Assembly: GCA_044225505.1 (NCBI GenBank)
Contig: JBGAIN010000056.1
Span: 1 to 43,495 of the forward strand
Length of the DNA: 43,495 bases
Direction of reading: 5' to 3'
DNA from: Limisphaerales bacterium
GTDB lineage: Bacteria > Verrucomicrobiota > Verrucomicrobiia > Limisphaerales > SIBE01
Shown: positions 1 through 7,194 of the stretch, piece after piece
Layout: each line of letters opens with the position of its first letter
How positions within the stretch are numbered: the first letter of the stretch is position 1
The notes under the pieces: generated by a model
What the model saw: only the letters and a program-made list of their open reading frames with translations
Databases searched by the model: none
Told to the model about the DNA's origin: nothing
Made by a program: the position numbers and the translations under genes

Positions 1-2
1 GA

Positions 3-1364
3 CCGACGGTCCATGATCGACTTTCCCAAGGGACCTTTCTCGAGACGCTGCTTGGACGACGCTCGAGACGATTCGCGGCCGGAATGACCATGCCAGCCGG
101 TCCGTTGGCGTACGTCAGTCGCCATTCGCCTCGACCATTAACGGAAGAAGAAGAAGCGGTGCTGGCGTTCGCCGCCTCGGGGATCACCGGCTACGCCCTC
201 GGGGATCTTTGCTACGCCAAGGGAGAAGGCGGCAACATCATGAATGGCTTTGTTGGCCGCACGATCGGGAGCGGCGACGGCATCCAAGCGGTTGCACTCT
301 GCGTGATTAACGACCGTGGCGCATGGCTGATCAAACGCCCCCGCGAGTTGCAGCCGCAGGAACTGGTCGATTTCATCCGCTTGGCGAAAGAACACGCCTT
401 CACGGAGTTGTATCAGCGCGGGCGTGTTCAGATTAAACAAGGGCGCGCGGCACCTCCACTCGAGCCGGTCTTCAACATTAGCTGCAACCGCTGGTCAGTC
501 TACGCGCCGGGGACCAGTTACTTTTTGCCCATCAACGACTTGAGCTTTCTTTATATCAATGGCCTTCTCGAGATCCTCAACGAGACAACCGGGGCTTACA
601 TCCTGGATGAACGGGCTGGGTTTCGTCCCGCGGGCCTAAAGCATTTCGCACGCAGCCAAGGTGGCCACCTTTACGACGACTCGGCTGCGGGGCGGGTGGC
701 CACGATTGAACTGATCGAACGGCTGGTGACGGAGTTCGTCACGGTCGAGCAAGGCATGATGCACCAGAACCTCGCGCTCATGGCTCAAACCTTGGGGCTT
801 GGTGGCTTTCCGAATTTTGCCAACCACGAGTTTGGATGGTTTCAAGCTCTTGGTTTCCGGATGGGCCAGATGCCCGCGAGCCAGTATTTCGGCGCTGGAA
901 AGTACCTCTCGACGCTCCTATCGCTCCTTGGAAAGGACCGTCCCGTGCCGTATCCGTTAGGCTTGGAGGTCGGAGGCGACACTCTCCTCCGGGCTTACTG
1001 CCCGCCCTACTTTGAGTCTATGGCGGAAGCGGTTCGGGCCGTCGTGGCCGCCAAGACGGCTGCGGTCACCGCGGTGGCGCCGTCTGGTCACTGGCGAGAA
1101 GCGTCTGTGGGGAAAGCGATCCCGGCCGTCAGCGAAGCGGCCGTTCAAGCGACTATCGCTTACTGCGATTACGTCTGGAATCGCTACCATCGGTTCCCTG
1201 CTTACTTGGCTCCGTTTCGCACGGTGGTAGGATTTCAGGCGTGCCATTTGGATGCAGAGTTCTATGACAAATTCTATCGTCCGGACGCGTTGAGCGCCGC
1301 GCAGCGTGAAGATTTCAAGTTTGCCGCGTCCGAATACCCACCCCAATCGCCAGCGCCCGTTTGA
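3..1364 (+). CDS. Nitroreductase-like (FMN-binding fold) hypothetical protein, probably 5'-truncated by the window edge
   Basis: The frame is open upstream of the tracked ATG (84) to the window edge: PTVHDRLSQGTFLETLLGRRSRRFAAGM. It has an RRSxRF-type motif, PLTEEEEAVLAFAASG and QNLALMAQTLGLGG, all typical of nitroreductase/SagB-like proteins. Confidence 0.55.
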   Translation, partial: PTVHDRLSQGTFLETLLGRRSRRFAAGMTMPAGPLAYVSRHSPRPLTEEEEAVLAFAASGITGYALGDLCYAKGEGGNIMNGFVGRTIGSGDGIQAVALCVINDRGAWLIKRPRELQPQELVDFIRLAKEHAFTELYQRGRVQIKQGRAAPPLEPVFNISCNRWSVYAPGTSYFLPINDLSFLYINGLLEILNETTGAYILDERAGFRPAGLKHFARSQGGHLYDDSAAGRVATIELIERLVTEFVTVEQGMMHQNLALMAQTLGLGGFPNFANHEFGWFQALGFRMGQMPASQYFGAGKYLSTLLSLLGKDRPVPYPLGLEVGGDTLLRAYCPPYFESMAEAVRAVVAAKTAAVTAVAPSGHWREASVGKAIPAVSEAAVQATIAYCDYVWNRYHRFPAYLAPFRTVVGFQACHLDAEFYDKFYRPDALSAAQREDFKFAASEYPPQSPAPV

Positions 1365-1393
1365 TTGCGGCGCGTGTCACCATCAGATGGGAT

Positions 1394-2023
1394 TCATCCG
1401 GCGGGGCTAAGCTGCGCCAGCAGATCTTCCTTGGACAGCACCGCAATCAGAACACAGCCCGCTTCGGACCAGTTTTCGCCATGTTCCGATCCCGCGTCCG
1501 CATGGTGAAAGTCGCCTGCGCGAAGGCAATGATTACCGACATGCAGGTCGCCAGAGAGCATATAGATATCCTCGGCGCGACGATGGGCGTGACCGGGATA
1601 GCGCGCCCCCGCCTCGAGCTTTCCTAAGACGACGGCGTAATTGGTCGTTTCGTCGAATGAGAGCAATTTCACGAAGGCGCCGGGGACCCGCAAAGGCAAC
1701 CACCCCGCCCCGGCCGCGTCATGCAGGAAAGCTAAACCACCGGTGGCGGCGGGGACTAACCGCTGGATCGCCTGAGTTGCGCGGTGCCGCGCCTTGGCCT
1801 CGGCGGCCCGGCGCAGAATGACTTCTCTAAGATGCGCAGGCGGCGCCTTTCTCGGCAAGGACTCTGCCAGGCCGTCCGCAACCTGTGAAAACGCACTGGT
1901 TTCCGCACGCACTTCCGCGTCCTGCGCGAGGAGCGCGTCAAATGCGCGGAGATCCTCGCCATCCAGGGCACCCAACGCATGGAGGGGAGCCAGGTTTTTG
2001 AGTTGCGTTCGGTTCTTTTTCAC
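1394..2023 (-). CDS. Anti-sigma factor with C-terminal ChrR-like cupin domain
   Basis: N-terminal anti-sigma helix LAPLHALGALDGEDLRAFDALL; cupin motif YPGHAHRRAEDIYMLSGDL...AGDFHHADAGSEH; directly downstream of an ECF sigma gene. Confidence 0.8.
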   Translation of the reverse strand: MKKNRTQLKNLAPLHALGALDGEDLRAFDALLAQDAEVRAETSAFSQVADGLAESLPRKAPPAHLREVILRRAAEAKARHRATQAIQRLVPAATGGLAFLHDAAGAGWLPLRVPGAFVKLLSFDETTNYAVVLGKLEAGARYPGHAHRRAEDIYMLSGDLHVGNHCLRAGDFHHADAGSEHGENWSEAGCVLIAVLSKEDLLAQLSPAG

Positions 2024-2066
2024 AAATCGGCAAAGCCGTTCGATTCACTGCTGCTGCCCGACAAAA

Positions 2067-2660
2067 TCACAATTGTTGTCCCAGTTCGTTTCTAAGTTTT
2101 AGCATGCCCCGGCGGATTCGCGCCTTGACCGTGCCGAGGGGCTCGTTGAGGACGGTCGCAATTTCGGTTTGCGTGAGTCCATCGAAAAACGCCAGCTCAA
2201 TGGCTCGGCGTTGATCCACCGGCAAGGCATTTAATGCGCCACGCAATAACTCGCCCCGTTCCGTCGCTCGGACGAGCTCGTGAGCCGGCGCGGCGGCGCT
2301 GGGATAGTCTTCCACAGCGTCGGTTTCAGTTTCTTCAACCAAGCGGGCACGGCGTCGCTGCGTTGCTCTCAGCCGATCAATGGCTTTATTTCGAGTCAAC
2401 GTCAGTGCCCAACTGAGCGGACGCCCTTGCGCCGGATCGAACGCGGCGGCTTTGTCCCAAACGAGCAAAAAGACTTCCTGTAAGACATCCTCGGCCTCTT
2501 TGGTATCCTGTAATATTCGGCAGGCCAGGCCAAACAGGGTGGAAGCGTGACGATCGTACCACTCGGCCAAGGCCGCTTGCTCTCCATCAGCGATTCGACC
2601 TAACAGGTCGAGGTCTGAAGGAGACGAACTCTCGCCCACACTTTCAACTCGGTGCGACAT
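2067..2660 (-). CDS. ECF RNA polymerase sigma factor (SigK/RpoE-like)
   Basis: Region 2 AEDVLQEVFLLVW...WALTLTRNKAIDRLR; region 4 LAFFDGLTQTEIATVLNEPLGTVKARIRRGM. Start placed at ATG 2660; alternatives exist up to 2723. Confidence 0.93.
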   Translation of the reverse strand: MSHRVESVGESSSPSDLDLLGRIADGEQAALAEWYDRHASTLFGLACRILQDTKEAEDVLQEVFLLVWDKAAAFDPAQGRPLSWALTLTRNKAIDRLRATQRRRARLVEETETDAVEDYPSAAAPAHELVRATERGELLRGALNALPVDQRRAIELAFFDGLTQTEIATVLNEPLGTVKARIRRGMLKLRNELGQQL

Positions 2661-2775
2661 CAGCACGGGAATACGCGCGGCTCTATGAGCCATTACGGCA
2701 ACCTGCCGTCGATGGAAAGTCATAGCTCAAACTGTCCAGGTTCACAAGCCTTCATCGTGCCCAGTCTAGGATAGC

Positions 2776-2801
2776 TACGCTCGCCGTTGCCGAACGGATG
2801 C
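2776..2801 (-). promoter_or_regulatory. Putative ECF-sigma promoter for the sigma/anti-sigma genes (GCATCC-N16-CGTA)
   Basis: Minus strand reads GCATCC GTTCGGCAACGGCGAG CGTA; mirror copy of the plus-strand motif at 2861. Confidence 0.65.
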
Positions 2802-2860
2802 ATCCCCCGAGAGTTCGCGATGGGCTGGAGCGCTTAACAAAAAAGATTCGCCCGGCAGAT

Positions 2861-2887
2861 GCATCCGTTCCGCCTTTGCGTTCGTTA
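2861..2887 (+). promoter_or_regulatory. Putative ECF-sigma promoter for the DUF4331 cluster (GCATCC-N16-CGTTA)
   Basis: GCATCC GTTCCGCCTTTGCGTT CGTTA, ending about 50 nt upstream of ATG 2940. Confidence 0.65.
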
Positions 2888-2939
2888 TTTCGGTGTAAGC
2901 GAGAGTTCCAAGAAAAACCAAAACCAAAGGATCATTCTC

Positions 2940-4553
2940 ATGAGGATCAAGCAACGTGTGCTCACCCTGGCTGCGACAGGCCTGTTGGCAGCCGGAAACG
3001 GCTTCGCCTCCAGCCATCGCGAAGCCCCATTCATCACGGCGCTGCCGAAACTGGACGGGGCTGACTTCTATATGTTCAACAGCTACGAACCTGGGCGTTC
3101 GAACTTCGTCACGGTCGTGGCCGATTACGTGCCTCTGCAAGATGCGTACGGCGGCCCCAACTATTTTATGATGGAGACCAACGGCGTCTACGAAATCCAC
3201 ATCGATAATTCCGGCGATGCCCAGGAAGATTTGACATTCCAGTTTCAGTTCTCGCGAAACCCGCGTGGTGTTGCCTTGCCCATCGGGCCTGCGGGTAATC
3301 AGAAAACCAACGAAATCCCATTGATCATCGCCGGGCAACTCTCGGCCACGAATAATTCTGCGCTAAATGTTTTGGAGAACTACACCGTCAAACTCATCCG
3401 CGGTAATCGCCGCACCGGCACGATCGCTGATGTTACCAACGCCGCGGATGGTGGAACCGTCTTTACCAAGCCGGTGGATAACATCGGCAACAAGACCCTT
3501 CCGGACTACGACGCCTATGCTAACTCCTATATCTACTCAATCAACATTCCCGGATGCTCTACTCCTGGCAAACTGTTCGTCGGGCAGCGCAAGGATCCAT
3601 TTGCCGTCAATTTGGGCGAGATCTTCGACCTCATCAACTTGAGCAACCCGCTCGGGCCGGTGGATGGCACCAAGGACACGTTGAACGATAAGAATATTAC
3701 AGCGCTCGTCCTGGAACTGCCGAAAGAGTGCCTGGTCAACGGCACGAATTCCGTCATCGCGGCATGGACCACCGCGAGCCGATACGAAGGGACTAACCTG
3801 GTGCAAGTGTCGCGCCTTGGACAACCGTTGGTCAACGAAGTCGTTATTGGACTCAAGGATAAAGATAAGTTCAATGCGAGTGAACCCAAGGATGACGGAC
3901 AGTTCGCCGATTACGTGACCCACCCCACTCTGCCGGCGTTAATCGAGCTCTTGTTCGGAAGCGCTGGCGTCCGTGCCCCGAACGTTTTTCCTCGAACCGA
4001 CCTGGTGACCGTTTTCCTGACAGGAATACCTAACCTGAACATGACTACCGCCGTCGGCGAAATGTTACGCCTGAACACGAGCACCCCGTCGATTCCTGCA
4101 GACCTGCAGAATAACCTGGGTGTCATCGGTGGAGATACTGCCGGATTTCCGAACGGCCGCCGACCTGGCGATGATGTCGTCGACATCGCGCTCCGCGTCG
4201 TCATGGGCAAGCTGCTGACGGAAACAGAAGCGCCGTCCGGCCAACTCCCGTTCACGGACGGCGCTTTCTTAAGCGCCACCACCTTCAAGTCGACCTTTCC
4301 ATACTTGAATTCGCCAATTCCAGGCTCGCCGAACGACCCGTCCATCACCATCACGCTGCAGACCAGCGCGAACGTGCAGGGTCCTTATCGTAATACTCCG
4401 GTGACGTATGAAAGCGCCAACCGGGAACTTTCCGCTCCCAAAGGCGCTAACGACACGTCCTTCTACCGGTTGAAAGCGGACCGCGCTGGGGTGCAATTGG
4501 GGCAACCCGCCGTCCGCGGGGAGCGCGTGGCCATCGGTTTAGGAACGCGCTAG
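2940..4553 (+). CDS. Secreted DUF4331-domain protein with C-terminal FYRL module
   Basis: Signal peptide then SSHREAP; GQRKDPF, QVSRLGQPLVNEVVI and GFPNGRRPGDDVVDIALR motifs characteristic of DUF4331; AAGGA upstream of ATG 2940. Confidence 0.88.
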   Translation: MRIKQRVLTLAATGLLAAGNGFASSHREAPFITALPKLDGADFYMFNSYEPGRSNFVTVVADYVPLQDAYGGPNYFMMETNGVYEIHIDNSGDAQEDLTFQFQFSRNPRGVALPIGPAGNQKTNEIPLIIAGQLSATNNSALNVLENYTVKLIRGNRRTGTIADVTNAADGGTVFTKPVDNIGNKTLPDYDAYANSYIYSINIPGCSTPGKLFVGQRKDPFAVNLGEIFDLINLSNPLGPVDGTKDTLNDKNITALVLELPKECLVNGTNSVIAAWTTASRYEGTNLVQVSRLGQPLVNEVVIGLKDKDKFNASEPKDDGQFADYVTHPTLPALIELLFGSAGVRAPNVFPRTDLVTVFLTGIPNLNMTTAVGEMLRLNTSTPSIPADLQNNLGVIGGDTAGFPNGRRPGDDVVDIALRVVMGKLLTETEAPSGQLPFTDGAFLSATTFKSTFPYLNSPIPGSPNDPSITITLQTSANVQGPYRNTPVTYESANRELSAPKGANDTSFYRLKADRAGVQLGQPAVRGERVAIGLGTR

Positions 4554-4648
4554 GCGCGACGGATGCACGCAAGAGCGTTCCAGGAGCAGGGCGGGTCGAA
4601 GGGGAGTCCGCACGGGTCGACCCGCTCTCTCCACCTCTCACGAAGATT

Positions 4649-4672
4649 CTCTAGTCCAACCTCTAGTCCAAC
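4649..4672. repeat. 12-bp tandem duplication (CTCTAGTCCAAC x2)
   Basis: Directly visible in the intergenic region. Confidence 0.8.
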
Positions 4673-4741
4673 CTTGATCTATGAACGCCATCGCGCCGAC
4701 GCTGCCGAGATCAGCGCGAGTTCCAATCACTTTTTCTGCAG

Positions 4742-5953
4742 ATGAATGCCTTTCGATTCCCATTACAGTCGGACAAATTCAGGTTGGTTGTTGGCATCGT
4801 CTTAACCGTAGCCGCCGTCCACGCCGAACCGTTCGTTCCGACCAACGGCCTGCAAGTGATCGAGCGCCTCGCCAACAGAAGGTCTCAACTCTCCGGTCAA
4901 GCCCCCCATCGCTGGGCCGATCGCTCCCTCGCCGATCGCACCAACGTCGTTCTCGCAGCCCAAACGGCCAAAGCCTACATTGAGCGGAGTCGGGTGGAAG
5001 CGGACCCTCGTCTTTTGGGACGCGCGCAAGCAGCGCTCGCTCCCTGGTGGACAGCCTCTGACGCCCCGGCCGATCTGATCGTCCTGCGCGCGACGATCAA
5101 GCAGAGTCAGCACGAATTCAACGAGGCTCTCGCAGACTTGGACATCGCGGTTCGGTCTGCGCCGGAGAACGCTCAGGCGTGGCTCACTCAAGCCACCGTG
5201 CAAACGGTGCTTGGGCGCTATACCGAAGCCCGCCGCAGTTGCCTTCGATTGGCCCGTCTCGCCCCAGACCTCGTCGCCACCACCGTTGCGGCCAATCTCG
5301 CCGCGGTAACAGGTTCCGCTCACTCGGCGTGCGAGTCTCTGCGTCGCGTGCTCGACCGGTCGAATGGTGCCAGCTCAGCCGAACGGGTCTGGGCTTGGAC
5401 GGTGCTCGGCGAGACCGAGGGGCGCCTTGGACAGTATGATCAGTCAGAGGCGAGCTTTCGTCGGGCACTGGCGCTCGACAGCCAAGACGTTTATGTGCTC
5501 AGCGCGCTCGCGGATCTTCTACTCGAACGGCAACGTCCGCGGGAAGCGATCGAGCTATTGAAAGACAGGACCGACGTGGACGCTCTCCTGCTTCGGCTTG
5601 CACTCTCGGAAGCACAGGCCAATCCGCAATCTCCGACCGTGACTTCGTACGTCAATCGACTTCGAGAACGATTTGAGGCAAATGCGCTTCGGGGCAATCG
5701 AGTCCACCAACGAGAAGAAGCCCGGTTCCGGCTGACCTTGCTGGGAGAACCGGAGAAAGCTCTGCAGCTCGCCCAGGAGAATTGGGAGGTGCAGCGCGAA
5801 CCGGCCGATGTTCGAATTCTGCTTGAGACAGCCCTCGCTGCAAACGCCCAAGCGTCCGCGCAACCCGCTCTCGAGTTTGCCAAGACGAATCATCTCGAGG
5901 ACGTGACGGTGGCTCGTCTCACAGCAAAACTCCTTGAGAAGGCCCGATTATGA
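4742..5953 (+). CDS. Exported tetratricopeptide-repeat protein
   Basis: Signal-like N-terminus (..LTVAAVHA|EP); Ala/Leu-rich helical repeats (PENAQAWLTQATVQTVLGRYTEA); DPRLLGRAQAALAPWW; ALQLAQENWEVQREPAD; ATGA overlap with the next gene. Confidence 0.8.
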   Translation: MNAFRFPLQSDKFRLVVGIVLTVAAVHAEPFVPTNGLQVIERLANRRSQLSGQAPHRWADRSLADRTNVVLAAQTAKAYIERSRVEADPRLLGRAQAALAPWWTASDAPADLIVLRATIKQSQHEFNEALADLDIAVRSAPENAQAWLTQATVQTVLGRYTEARRSCLRLARLAPDLVATTVAANLAAVTGSAHSACESLRRVLDRSNGASSAERVWAWTVLGETEGRLGQYDQSEASFRRALALDSQDVYVLSALADLLLERQRPREAIELLKDRTDVDALLLRLALSEAQANPQSPTVTSYVNRLRERFEANALRGNRVHQREEARFRLTLLGEPEKALQLAQENWEVQREPADVRILLETALAANAQASAQPALEFAKTNHLEDVTVARLTAKLLEKARL

Positions 5954-7116
5954 ATGACCTCAAGCGCTGCCAACACTATTGGAAAAGAGTTTGCCGACTG
6001 GCAGTCCTGGCGTTCTCGGTCATTTTTCCATTCGACCGGGCGTGGGCTCACAAGCCGAGCGACTCATACCTCACGCTGGACCTGAAAGAATCTCCTGCCC
6101 GTTTGGAATGGCACCTGGCTCTCCGTGACCTCGAGGACGTGATCGGTTTGGATAAAGATGGGGACGGAACTATCACCTGGAACGAACTCCACGATGCTGA
6201 ATCCATGCTTGTGGCCTACGCTCAAGCGCATTTGTCGGTGCGTGACGATCGGGCCAATCGAGCACTCCACTTCACTCAACTTCTGGTGGATCGCCATTCG
6301 GATGGCGCCTACGCAGTGCTCCGCTTCGAATGTCCAGGAAAAGAATTCTCCACCACGTTGCACCTCAACTACACGGCCTTCTTTGACGTAGACCCAACAC
6401 ATCGGGGACTGCTGCGAATGGAAACGGCGCTTGGGACGCGCCTGGCCATCTTCGCCCCTGGAGCAAACGCGCAAACTTTCAGTATCTCCACACCGCCAAC
6501 CCCGCGATGGCAAGCGTTCCTGAAGGAAGGGATGTGGCACATCTGGACCGGATACGATCATCTTCTGTTCTTATTGGTCCTGTTGTTGCCCGGCGCGCTA
6601 ACCTGGCGGTGGAGTGAAGGGTGGCAACCGCAACCCCAGACGCGTTCGATTGTTTCAGAGGTGCTTCGGACGGTAACGGCGTTTACGGCGGCGCATTCCG
6701 TCACTTTGACTCTCGCTGCCCTCGACTGGGTTCGCCCTCCCTCTCGAGTTGTTGAAAGTTTGATCGCCGCTTCGATCATTGTGGCTGCAATCAACAACCT
6801 CAGGCCCAGCCTCTCCACGCGGGCCTGGGCCATTGCTTTCGCCTTTGGACTTATCCATGGCTTTGGCTTCGCCAACGCACTGGCCGATCTTGGCTTGCAC
6901 GGGACAGGCCTAGCCCCTGCTCTGCTCGGATTCAACTTAGGCGTCGAGACGGGTCAATTGGCCGTGGTAGGTTTTCTCTTGCCACTGTTTCTGACCCTGC
7001 GACACAAATCATTTTATCGTCGGCAGTTGATGCCGATCGGATCCTTGGCCATTGCCGCGCTAGCGACGACCTGGCTGCTGCAACGCGCCTTGGATATTCG
7101 CGTGCTGCCATTCTAA
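5950..7116 (+). CDS. HupE/UreJ family membrane protein with N-terminal extracytoplasmic domain
   Basis: GMWHIWTGYDHLLFL, TAFTAAHSVTL, FGLIHGFGFA and GFNLGVETGQL transmembrane motifs; AWA|HKPS signal end; EF-hand-like DKDGDGTITWNE. Confidence 0.88.
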   Translation: MNDLKRCQHYWKRVCRLAVLAFSVIFPFDRAWAHKPSDSYLTLDLKESPARLEWHLALRDLEDVIGLDKDGDGTITWNELHDAESMLVAYAQAHLSVRDDRANRALHFTQLLVDRHSDGAYAVLRFECPGKEFSTTLHLNYTAFFDVDPTHRGLLRMETALGTRLAIFAPGANAQTFSISTPPTPRWQAFLKEGMWHIWTGYDHLLFLLVLLLPGALTWRWSEGWQPQPQTRSIVSEVLRTVTAFTAAHSVTLTLAALDWVRPPSRVVESLIAASIIVAAINNLRPSLSTRAWAIAFAFGLIHGFGFANALADLGLHGTGLAPALLGFNLGVETGQLAVVGFLLPLFLTLRHKSFYRRQLMPIGSLAIAALATTWLLQRALDIRVLPF

Positions 7117-7194
7117 AGGCCGCTATTTGAACCCCGTTCGGATTGCCGCCGATTGTGCTTGCCGACGTTCCAACGGGCTTTGTATCAACTGCAC

